Of a stretch of DNA of 64,000 nucleotides, positions 46,263 through 56,500 are shown in pieces. The stretch lies in contig CAKPFO010000002.1 in the NCBI GenBank assembly GCA_934153805.1, forward strand, positions 26,419-90,418. Reading direction: 5' to 3'. This DNA comes from an uncultured Clostridia bacterium (GTDB lineage Bacteria > Bacillota > Clostridia > TANB77 > CAG-508). Within the stretch, counting starts at the first letter, position 1; every line of letters begins with the position of its first letter. The notes under the pieces are model-generated. The model ran no database searches. It had not been told where the DNA came from and worked only from the letters and a program-made list of their open reading frames with translations. Made by a program: the position numbers and the translations under genes.

Positions 46263-49200
46263 TTAACGTAAAGATTTATTTTTTCTGTCATAAATATACC
46301 AACCTAACATTACTAATAATATTATTGAAGTATATATTCCTATTATTTTTGAGTTTTCTTTACCTGTTTTTATACTAATTACAATAGTAGCACTTCCTAT
46401 GTTGTCCTCTTTAGTTGTTTCTGCATAATTTGCTTTATTACTTGTTGATACTATTCTAACAGTATTTTCTTTTGTTCCTAAATTTTCTTCACTACTATTC
46501 CATTTTAATGTTATCTCTAATACTCTTGTTTCTCCTGCTTTTAATTCTATTTGAGAGGTTATTTTTCCTTTTTCATCTTTTGTCCATACATTCTGTCCAT
46601 CTTCAATTAATTCAAATCCTGTAGGGATTAAATCTTGTATATTTACCATTCCGTCTATTTTTTCAGTATTAGTTACTATTATACTATATTTTACTTGTAG
46701 TGACGTATCTTTTAGTTTAGACTCCGGTATTTCTAGTTTAACTAATTTATTATTAGTTATTTGCTTTTCTTCTCCATCTAATATTATTTTTTGTATTTCT
46801 TTATCTATAGCTATGTTGAATGTCTGCTTTTTATAATAATAAATTACCGTAATCTCATCTTTAGTAATTATTCCTTCTTTATTGTCTGGCATTTCTATTA
46901 AATCATAATATGGAATTTCTTTTTCTTGTGTACTATAGTTTTCTCCTACATATCCATCAATTTCGTATGAATATGATTTTTTTCCTACAGTTCCATCTTC
47001 TAAAGTTTCCTTATACATAATTTCTTTATCAGTACCAGCCTCTAAATATTTTACTATAACTTTACTTGGTATTTTTTTGTATTTATACACTACTATTATT
47101 TGTTCTTTAGTCATGTTTCCTTCTGTATTATTAGTTGTGCTTACCAACATATAATTTTCTATTTCTTTACTAGTAGTTGTATATTTGTCTCCTACTTTTC
47201 CTACTATCACTTCATCTTCTGCTAGTTTATTACCATCCATATCTTCATATTTTACTAATACAGATGAATCCATTTTCTCGTAATAATAAATTACTTCTAT
47301 AATTCCATCAATTACTGTTCCACTTGTATTATCTGTACTTTCTATATAATTATAGTTTTCAAATTCTTTTCTATCAGTATTATATGAAGTTCCTACTTTC
47401 TCTTCTATTTCGTATCTTTCTATGTCTTGACTTGTAGTTTTATCTACATATTTAACAATAACCTTACCTTTAACATTAATAGCTGTTTTGTAGCTTTCTT
47501 CTACCTCATCTTTTTGGTCTGTTTCGTATAATTGTACTTGTCCTATTACTCTATTTTCTATTTCTGTTAAAGTTAAATCTATGTTTTTATATAAAATAGA
47601 TATTTGTTTTTCCATATTAATTTCATAATTTTCACCTAGAACTTGAGTGTTAATATGTGGTAATTCCTCTTTCCAAGTTATTGTCTTTGTTGCTTCATCA
47701 TATTTTCCACCATTTAATTCAGATTTTTCTTCATCAATAGCAAATGGTAAATAATCTATTATAATTACTTTTCCTTTTCCAATATAATCCGCAACACTTG
47801 CTGTAAATTTAATAGTATAATCCACATTTTGTGAAGAAGCTGTTAATTCTTTTGTTCCTTCTTTTGTTATTTTTGAACTTAAATCTGTGTTTAATAATTT
47901 GTATTCATTCTTTATATTGTATAAATATGTTGTAACTTCTTCTGTTTGAGCTTCTGTTTTTGTCATTTCTGCATCTTCATAATACTCTAAATCATTTTTG
48001 TTTGTTTCACTTTCTGTAATATCATACTCTATTTTTGCTTTTGTAATTTCATCATATTTTGGTAAATCTTTTAATTCATATTTCCAGTTATTTGCTTCAT
48101 TTAAAAGTATTGTTGTTTCATTTAAATATGAATCTTTTACAGTTATAGTTACACTGTCTGGCCTTTTACCTTTTAAATTATCATTATCTAGCCATTGTTT
48201 TTCTATTTCTACATTTACCTTATATTCTTGTTTTACAATTGCCTCAGTTTCTGCTTCTTGCTGTGCTCTTTCTTCGCCTGGTTTTAATACATAATCTTCT
48301 GGATAAAATACGCTTACCTTTCCTTTAACTGTATTTAATAAATCACTTATTACATCTTGATTTATATATGATATTTCTATTTGCTTTGTAAAAGTATTTT
48401 CATAAGCTCCATTTATATATGTATCTATGTTGTCTATTGTTTCTAACCATGTTATTGTATTATTTAAAGCATCATAACTTCCTCCTGATAGATTACTTTT
48501 GCTAACATCTATCTCTGCTGGTAAAGTATCTTTTATTTCTATTGTTGCTTTTCCTATGTAGTCTTTTATTACAACTTTATAGTCAATATTATATGTTATT
48601 ATTCCATCTTCTTTAGTAAGTACTGGTATGTCAACTTTTCTAGTAGTTCCATCACCATTGTCTATTGTTTGCTCTACTATTTTATTTGCAGCAGCCGTTT
48701 TTACAATAGAATTTGTTATAATAGGTGTTGCAAGTTCATAATAATAAATTACTTCTATTGTATCATCATTTATTATTCCTTGTTTATTTGTTGGAATATC
48801 AGCTGTTCTTACGTAACCGTTTATTGTTTTTTCTAAATCAGTTGTATCGTAAATATCTCCTGCATTTCCGTTTATTTCTTCCCTATTTGAAATTTCTTTT
48901 CCAGTATCTTTTTCAACATATTTTATTATAACTTTTCCATGGTCTTTACTATAATAGTAAATTATTTCTTGAACTGTTTTTTCGAATTTTCCTTCTTCGT
49001 TTCCTGTAACTCTATCCACTCTAGAATAATTTTTTATATCTTTTATATAATCTTTTGAATTATAACTATCTCCACAATTTCCATTTAGTTCTACTCTTTC
49101 TGCAATTTCTTCTCCAGTATCTTGGTCTACATATTTTATAATTACTTGTCCTTGTGATTTTTTGTAATAATATATTACTATTTGCTCTTCTTCAGTAAAT

Positions 49201-52200
49201 TTTCCTGTAGCATTGTCTGGTTCGATGCCTATTGTTTCATAGTCTGTTATTTCTTTTCTTGTAGTGTTATAATCTTCTCCAACATAGCCTGTTAACTTTC
49301 CATTTGGTACTAATTCATTATCTGTTCCAAATTCTAAATACCTTACAGTTACACCTGCTGAAGCTATTCTTTCAAAGGTTACTATTATATGCTTGTCTTC
49401 TATTACATTTTTAAATCTTTCTATATAAACAATATGGTTTTCATCTTCTTCAAATGATGTATTTACCCCATTTATAGTTATAGTTTTTACTTTATAGCCA
49501 GGTTGTGGTTCTACTTTTAATTCTTTTACACTTTCCTTACCATGTTCTACTACTTCATATGGAGTCTCATTTTCTCCAGATATATTACCATGCCCACCGT
49601 CTACAGCTGTTGTTATATTGTATTGCTTTAATTTATAGTAATATATTACCTCTATTGTATCTTCTGTTATTGTTCCATTTGCATTTGTTGGTAATAAATC
49701 TGTTACAATTTCATATCCTTCAATATTATTTTTAGGATTTGTTGTGTATGTTTTTCCTACATAATCTTCTATAGTTTCATCTTCCACTAAAGAATGATTT
49801 GTATCTTTTTCATAATGGTGTACTATCACTTTACCCTTTGGTATAGCAGAATAATAATATGTTATTTCTATAGTGTCTTTTGTATACTCACCATTCATAT
49901 TTTCTGGCAATTTTTCTAGTACTACTTGATATCCTTCTATATCTGTTTTGTAATTTGTAGTATATTTATCTCCTGCATTTCCTGTTTTTTCTTCATCATC
50001 TATCAATTTTTCTTCTGTTAAATCTTTATAGTGATGTACTATTATTTTGCTTACTATAGGTTTGTACTCATATATTACCTCTATATCACTAGCAGTCATG
50101 TTTCCACTTGCGTTTGCTGGTCTACTACTTTCTACAACAATATATTTATCTAGTATTTTTTCACTTGTAGTATAACTATCACCGACTTCACCTTTTATAA
50201 TTTCGTCATTTGCTACACTTGTAGTTGTACCTTGTAAATAGTGGTGTACTATTACTTTTGCTGGATTTGTATATTCTTTTGCTTCATTTTCTACAGTAAT
50301 TTTTGTAACAGTTACTAATTTGTCTTCTATTGTGCTGTCATTTTTAATTACTCCTATTTGACTTTTATCTATTGTTATTTTTTCAAATTCTATATTTTTA
50401 AAGTCAATATTTTTAACACTTATTGTGCTTGTCTTTTCTACAGGTATATTCATTGTAGGATACGTTGATGTTTTTATCCAAGTTAATAATGTAACTGATG
50501 ATGTTATAGAACTTTGGTTATTATTTAATGTGTTTACAAAACTTTGTGCTTTCATGTTGGTATCAGACATAGCCACTGTATCACCAGTGCCACTACCGAT
50601 TCCTTTACTTGCAGAACCTGTTTTATAATAGCATTTTGTTACTGTTCCTCTATAAGTATTTCCACTACCATCTGACGTTGTATACGTTCCACCTATTACT
50701 CCACCTAATGAATATGATTCTTCGTTTGCTATTGTTCCAGTATTATAACAATTAGTTACTGTTCCACTAATTTTTCCTGCTATTCCTCCACATTCAGAAT
50801 TAGCTGTTACATTTCCAGTATTATATGAATTTACTATATTTCCAACTCCTTGATTATCTCCTGCTATTCCTCCTGTCCCATAATCTAAAAAGCTGCCGGC
50901 ATTAGTATTTTTATTATATATTGTTCCTGTGTTATAAGTATTAGCTATTGTTCCTGTATTCTTTCCAGTAATTCCTCCTACATATGTAAAATTGTTAGTT
51001 GGTGTTGTACTTACATAGGCCGTATTATAACTATTACTTATTGTTCCTGTATTTTCTCCACATAATCCTCCTACAAAAATATTACCTGCTATTTCTGCTT
51101 CATTATAACAGTTCTCTATTGTTCCTGAATTTCTACCTGTTAAACCTCCTGAATATCCTGATGCAGTTATCTTCCCTTTATTATATGATTTTTTTATAGT
51201 TCCATTTGTATTATTTTCAGACGTAATTCCTCCTGCAGAGTTATATTCACTATTTTCTTGTATTTGAACTTCTGCTAAATTATAGCAATTTTCTATAATT
51301 TTGTAATTGTATAGCGTAATTCCTCCTGCATCAACGTCTCCTATTATTTTTCCTTCATTGTAACAATCTTTTAAAGTTCCTCTATTGCTAAATGCTATTC
51401 CTCCAGCTACAAATGCTGTTATATTACCAGTATTATAGCAATTAATTACTATTCCTTTATTCTCTGTTGCAATTCCTCCGATACGTTGATTGGAAGTTAT
51501 TGGCACAGTATTATAGCAATTTGTTACACTGCCTTCATTTTGAGCAACAATTCCAGCTCCATAACAAATATGAATTGCATTTCCTGGAATTTCAGCATTT
51601 ATATTTCCAACATTATAACAATTTTCTATTGTATTATTACTATATGCTACAATTCCTCCTGCATAACAATCTGACTCTACTATTCCTTCATTATAACTTA
51701 CAGTTACACTTCCTGTATTATATCCTATTATTCCTCCTAAATAACTTTTATCAGATGACGTTGAACTTGAGGTTGTCGTTCTTGTTATTTTACCTGTATT
51801 ATAACAGTTAGTTACCGTTCCTTCACTCTTTCCTGCTATTCCTCCTGCATATATTTTTACTATTTCACTGGTATTAGTTATGCTTCCTATGTTATAGCTA
51901 TTACTAATATTTCCTTCATTGTTATTAAGACCTGTAATTCCTCCTATAAATGTTTCATTATCATATGAATTTGAATCTGATTTTACTGTCGTTGTATTGT
52001 AACAATTTGTTATTGTTCCCGCATTACTTCCTGTTATTCCTCCTGTATAACTTTTACCAACTACTTCACCAGAATTGTAACAATTATTTATTATTACTTC
52101 ATTATCTCCTACTATTCCTCCAACATTTGCATCATAATATGTAGCAGTTATTGCTCCTTCATTGTAGCTTTTTACTATTTTTCCAGCATAACTTCCTCCT

Positions 52201-53525
52201 GCTATTCCTCCTGCTGTCCAATATCCTGTTATCGTTCCTGTGTTATAGCAATTTCCTATTGTTCCAGTATATTCTACTCCATTGATACTAGTATTAGAAT
52301 TATTTCCGGCAATTCCACCTGCATTTCCACTTGATGAAGTTATTATTGCTGTATTATAGCAGTTTGTTATTAATCTACTATTATACCCTACTATTCCTCC
52401 TATAGTAGAGTTACCAATAATTGTACCTATATTGTAGCAATTTGTTATTGTTCCATCATTACTTCCTGCTACTCCTCCTTTTGGAGCACTTCCTGATACT
52501 GTACCTTCATTGTAGCAATTTGCTAACATTCCTTTGTTACTTCCTACTATTCCTCCTACATCAATAATATCTGCTGATATTGTTCCTTTGTTATAACAAT
52601 TCTTTATTGTTCCTTTGTTTTCTCCTGCAATACTTCCTGCATATTTATTTCCTGTTATTGTTCCTGTCATTCCTAAGCTATTTACAGTTCCATAAACTTT
52701 TTGGAATAAACCTACATTATTCAATGTTGTATTATTTATATAAATGTTGCGTATTTCATTATCTTTACCATTAAATACCCCATAAAAATCATTTATTGGA
52801 TAAAAGCCTGTTTGACCTACTTTAGTAAGTTCTTCTTTTATTCCTTCTGTTATTCCATCTCCATTGTAGTCACTAAAACTTGTGTCATTTGGATTTTTAT
52901 ATGAAGCATCATCATTAAAATCTAATGTTCTTTCTAATGTTACCAATTTTCCGGTATAAGTTTCTCTATTTTTTGCATTTATTGAAAGATTTACCAAATC
53001 TTCTATATAATTTATTTTAACGTCTTCATAACCTTTTATTGTAAAATTAGTAATACGGTCTGACTCATTATCAGCAAGTTTATACCCGTTTGGTGCCTCT
53101 ATCTCTGTAGCTTTATAAAATCCACCTTCTAAAGCACATGCAATAACTCCTTTTTCATTAGTTTTTAAAACATATTTTCCGCCCTCTAAATTTCCAACAT
53201 ACTCTCCGTTAGGATTTTTAGCATAATCTATTACATTTCCATCTGTATCAACTCTTTGTACAATAAATTTTGCACCTACTAATGGTTCTTTAGTATCTTG
53301 GTCTACCTTAGTCAATTTAAATAATGGTTTATCTTCCATTTTAACGCTTACTACTTTTCGTGTTTGGTCAATGGTGATATTCTCTTTTAAACTTCCACTA
53401 TTCAATTTGAAAGTCAAATTATCAGTCGAATCTCTTGTTACTATAAATTTAACTATTTCTTCATTTAATGCATATCCATCAGGTGCTAATGTTTCTTTTA
53501 ATGTATATTCTTCATTTTCATACAA
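46263..53525 (-). CDS. C-terminal 2420 codons of a split giant surface protein: SpaA-like repeats, a GLUG-type repeat region, nine MucBP-like repeats, Ig-like/DUF11-like modules, C-terminal SIKTG + TM + basic tail
   Basis: The listed start is an internal TTG with no RBS, inside a repeat (..NLYENEEYTLKETLAPDGY). GLUG-like units GG(I/V)(A/T)G.N.G.I.NCYN.G.I span about 50645-52715. MucBP-like units such as KVIVHHY...G..GD.YTT......GY.........NG.....TIEV.YYY span about 48545-50345 and 46850-47500. The C-terminus is ISIKTGKENSKIIGIYTSIILLVMLGWYIYDRKNKSLR. Confidence 0.8.
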   Translation of the reverse strand: MYENEEYTLKETLAPDGYALNEEIVKFIVTRDSTDNLTFKLNSGSLKENITIDQTRKVVSVKMEDKPLFKLTKVDQDTKEPLVGAKFIVQRVDTDGNVIDYAKNPNGEYVGNLEGGKYVLKTNEKGVIACALEGGFYKATEIEAPNGYKLADNESDRITNFTIKGYEDVKINYIEDLVNLSINAKNRETYTGKLVTLERTLDFNDDASYKNPNDTSFSDYNGDGITEGIKEELTKVGQTGFYPINDFYGVFNGKDNEIRNIYINNTTLNNVGLFQKVYGTVNSLGMTGTITGNKYAGSIAGENKGTIKNCYNKGTISADIIDVGGIVGSNKGMLANCYNEGTVSGSAPKGGVAGSNDGTITNCYNIGTIIGNSTIGGIVGYNSRLITNCYNTAIITSSSGNAGGIAGNNSNTSINGVEYTGTIGNCYNTGTITGYWTAGGIAGGSYAGKIVKSYNEGAITATYYDANVGGIVGDNEVIINNCYNSGEVVGKSYTGGITGSNAGTITNCYNTTTVKSDSNSYDNETFIGGITGLNNNEGNISNSYNIGSITNTSEIVKIYAGGIAGKSEGTVTNCYNTGKITRTTTSSSTSSDKSYLGGIIGYNTGSVTVSYNEGIVESDCYAGGIVAYSNNTIENCYNVGNINAEIPGNAIHICYGAGIVAQNEGSVTNCYNTVPITSNQRIGGIATENKGIVINCYNTGNITAFVAGGIAFSNRGTLKDCYNEGKIIGDVDAGGITLYNYKIIENCYNLAEVQIQENSEYNSAGGITSENNTNGTIKKSYNKGKITASGYSGGLTGRNSGTIENCYNEAEIAGNIFVGGLCGENTGTISNSYNTAYVSTTPTNNFTYVGGITGKNTGTIANTYNTGTIYNKNTNAGSFLDYGTGGIAGDNQGVGNIVNSYNTGNVTANSECGGIAGKISGTVTNCYNTGTIANEESYSLGGVIGGTYTTSDGSGNTYRGTVTKCYYKTGSASKGIGSGTGDTVAMSDTNMKAQSFVNTLNNNQSSITSSVTLLTWIKTSTYPTMNIPVEKTSTISVKNIDFKNIEFEKITIDKSQIGVIKNDSTIEDKLVTVTKITVENEAKEYTNPAKVIVHHYLQGTTTSVANDEIIKGEVGDSYTTSEKILDKYIVVESSRPANASGNMTASDIEVIYEYKPIVSKIIVHHYKDLTEEKLIDDEEKTGNAGDKYTTNYKTDIEGYQVVLEKLPENMNGEYTKDTIEITYYYSAIPKGKVIVHHYEKDTNHSLVEDETIEDYVGKTYTTNPKNNIEGYEIVTDLLPTNANGTITEDTIEVIYYYKLKQYNITTAVDGGHGNISGENETPYEVVEHGKESVKELKVEPQPGYKVKTITINGVNTSFEEDENHIVYIERFKNVIEDKHIIVTFERIASAGVTVRYLEFGTDNELVPNGKLTGYVGEDYNTTRKEITDYETIGIEPDNATGKFTEEEQIVIYYYKKSQGQVIIKYVDQDTGEEIAERVELNGNCGDSYNSKDYIKDIKNYSRVDRVTGNEEGKFEKTVQEIIYYYSKDHGKVIIKYVEKDTGKEISNREEINGNAGDIYDTTDLEKTINGYVRTADIPTNKQGIINDDTIEVIYYYELATPIITNSIVKTAAANKIVEQTIDNGDGTTRKVDIPVLTKEDGIITYNIDYKVVIKDYIGKATIEIKDTLPAEIDVSKSNLSGGSYDALNNTITWLETIDNIDTYINGAYENTFTKQIEISYINQDVISDLLNTVKGKVSVFYPEDYVLKPGEERAQQEAETEAIVKQEYKVNVEIEKQWLDNDNLKGKRPDSVTITVKDSYLNETTILLNEANNWKYELKDLPKYDEITKAKIEYDITESETNKNDLEYYEDAEMTKTEAQTEEVTTYLYNIKNEYKLLNTDLSSKITKEGTKELTASSQNVDYTIKFTASVADYIGKGKVIIIDYLPFAIDEEKSELNGGKYDEATKTITWKEELPHINTQVLGENYEINMEKQISILYKNIDLTLTEIENRVIGQVQLYETDQKDEVEESYKTAINVKGKVIVKYVDKTTSQDIERYEIEEKVGTSYNTDRKEFENYNYIESTDNTSGTVIDGIIEVIYYYEKMDSSVLVKYEDMDGNKLAEDEVIVGKVGDKYTTTSKEIENYMLVSTTNNTEGNMTKEQIIVVYKYKKIPSKVIVKYLEAGTDKEIMYKETLEDGTVGKKSYSYEIDGYVGENYSTQEKEIPYYDLIEMPDNKEGIITKDEITVIYYYKKQTFNIAIDKEIQKIILDGEEKQITNNKLVKLEIPESKLKDTSLQVKYSIIVTNTEKIDGMVNIQDLIPTGFELIEDGQNVWTKDEKGKITSQIELKAGETRVLEITLKWNSSEENLGTKENTVRIVSTSNKANYAETTKEDNIGSATIVISIKTGKENSKIIGIYTSIILLVMLGWYIYDRKNKSLR

Positions 53526-56500
53526 ATTTGTTATTACTATTTTTCCGCGTGCTACTTGTCGTATAATTTATTTCTTCTTTTAAGTCTCTTCCATTACCTT
53601 CTATTGTAAAGTTTGCACCTTGCAAAACATCAGTTGTATCCTCTTCAAATTTCGTTAATTCTAGTGTATATTTAGGTATCTCTTCATTTTCTAGTTCAAA
53701 CTTAACCACAGGGAATATTCCTGTTTCGTCTATAGCAGGTATAGTTTTATAATTTCCTGTATTTTCTAGTACTAGTACGTCACTTTCTCTTTTTAAAGTT
53801 ATCGTTCTTTCAGATTCATCTACGTAATATCCTTTTGCATAAATTTCTTTTATTGTATAAGTTTCTCCTAAATGTAATTTATCAATTGTTGCTACACCAT
53901 TGTCATCTGTTTCTACTACAGTGTTTTCCTTATCTTTTCCTTTAACTTCGAACTTTACACCAGATATTTTATCTTCTGAATCTTTCTTTTTCTTTGTTAT
54001 TTGAATGCTATATTTTACTTCATTTTCTACAGTTACCCTTACTGTATTAGAGTTCTCTACTTCAATATTTTTTGGGCTTCCTGCTACTTTCTCTACTTGT
54101 AAAATATTGCTATCATCATAATAAGCTCTTATTTGTATTGTATCTTCATTTAATTCGTAGTCTTCTGGCACCTCAACCTCGTGTATTGTATATATTTTTT
54201 CTGGTATTAGCCCTTGTAGTATAGCACTTCCATCTGAACTTGTAGTTAATATGCTTCCTGTGTTTGGTAATCCTTCCCCTTTGACATTAAATGTTGTTCC
54301 TTCTACTTTGTAATCTGTGCCTATTTTATTTTTTACAATCTTTAAGTCATATTTTTTCTCATTTTCTATATTTAAAGTTAATATTGGTGTTTCAGGTAAA
54401 TTTTCTTCTATAGTAATTTGCTTTGCCTCTCCTGATACAACTTTAGCTTGTAATTTACCACCTATTCTCTCTACTTTAAATACTATTGGCGTAGTGTTCA
54501 AAACATATCCATTTGGAGTATATATCTCATTTAGTGTATATTCTGTATCAAGTAGTAATCCGTCTATTTTTGTAACACCTTCACTATCTGTTTCATATAC
54601 TTTTGAAGCAACTACTCCTTCTCCTTGTATCTCAAATTTAGTACCTTCTATTTTTGTATTTTCTCTTTTAACTGTTTTTACTATATTAAGTTGGTATTTT
54701 GGTTCATTTTCTAGTACTGCTTTCATTGTGCCTAAATTAGTTGTTTCATTTTCCATAGTAGGCATATCTTTAAAGCTTCCACTAATAACCTGTGGCACCA
54801 TTTTTCCACCTTGATATATCACTTTAAAAGTTATTGGTGTTTCATTTAATTTATAGTCTGCGTTAGTTTTAATTTCTTTTATTGTATATTCTGTTTCCAA
54901 ATACAAATCTTGTATAGTTAGTTTACCATTTGCATCTGTCATGTATGTTTGTTTATTTTCCATTCCTAAGCCACTTATTTCAAACATAACATCTTCTATA
55001 GGTTCTGTTGTTTCTGCTCTATATTTAGTTAATTCAACATTATACCTCTTTTTAGAAACAACTTTTATTCCTACTTTATTTGTTTCAGTAGAATTATTTA
55101 CTATTCCACTTGCAGTGTTTTCTTCAAAATAAACAGCATGTGTTGCATATGTTACATTTCCTGGTGTTAAATTACTTGGTAAATTAACATCATAACTAAT
55201 TTCATAGCTTTCACCTGATGCCATAGTTATTTTGCTTAAATCTATTAAATATGTTCTTATCTTACTATAATCTTTTGGCGAAGTTGTCCATTCATTACTT
55301 GCATCTGTTAAATCATTGCTTACAATTTCTTGTTCGCTATAGTATATAGTTCCATTTGCTTTTATTGAACTAGGTAATTGTATTCCTTCATTGCTCATTG
55401 TTGTTGTAAAATTAGAACCTAGATTTTTTCCATTAATTTGATAACTATTTCCCTCAAATGGTATTTTTCCTAATATTTTCATTCCTGTAACTGGTGTAGA
55501 ATAGTTATTAAACACATTTAATTTTACTGTTGCATTTGAGGTTAAATCGTTATAATCTATACTTGCAACATCAGGACCTCTTACTATACTATTTTCAGAA
55601 TCATAATTAGTTAATTCTGTATTTGTATATAATCCTGTTGGTTTTGAATATACTAATCGTACTGTTGTTATTTTTCTTGTTTCTGTAGTATCTCCATTTG
55701 AATTTATGTCATATATATCTGGTGCCTCTTTGGTGTTATTGTATACATACTGCCAGTTATCACATAACTGATTATATGCAAATATCCTTAACTCTCCTGT
55801 ACTTTCTGTAGTATTTGATTTCATAGTTATATTGTGTTTTATGTTAAGGTTACTTCCATCAATTGTCGTTCCCTCTGTTATTATTTTTAGTACTTTCTTA
55901 TTGTTTATTGTTTCTATTTTAGCTTCTTTTACTTCTATTTCTCCATCTGTACTAGTTATTTTTTCTATCACAATATTTTCTATTTCTTCTGGATACTCTA
56001 CTATAATGGTTGGATTAACCCATTGCGTTATGTTTCTATCACTATCAACCCCTGATGAAATTAAATCTATTGTTAATAATGTATTGTTTGTCGTCTGTTT
56101 ATTTAATTGCATTGCAGAATTTGCTCGCATTATTGTATTTCCTTCTTCATAGTCAACACTTTTTACGTCACCATTTATCTGCTTTTCAATGCCATTTTTA
56201 ATAACCTTTCCATTTAAAGAAGTATATACTTTATCCATACTGTTAAACTGCTCTTTTGTATACATTTTAACAAACTTATCATTATCTATATTTTTATAAT
56301 TATATATTTCAACATTTCCTGCAGTAGTAGGATTACTTGTCTGTATTCTTATATGAGAATAGCTTTTATCATAGCTTATATATTTATCTACATCATCTTT
56401 AGTTATTGTTTTAATTATATTTTGAGACTCCTCATCAATTATTTTTATATATCCATCTTCACCTAAAGTACTAAAAGTTGAATATGGTACTTTAACTCCT

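Noticed and set aside
53518-53525. 8-nt overlap of the 1458- and 2420-codon ORFs as genuine translational coupling of two genes
   Set aside because: The downstream start is a TTG without an RBS in the middle of a structural repeat, and the upstream ORF ends with an out-of-family tail. A frameshift within one gene explains both.
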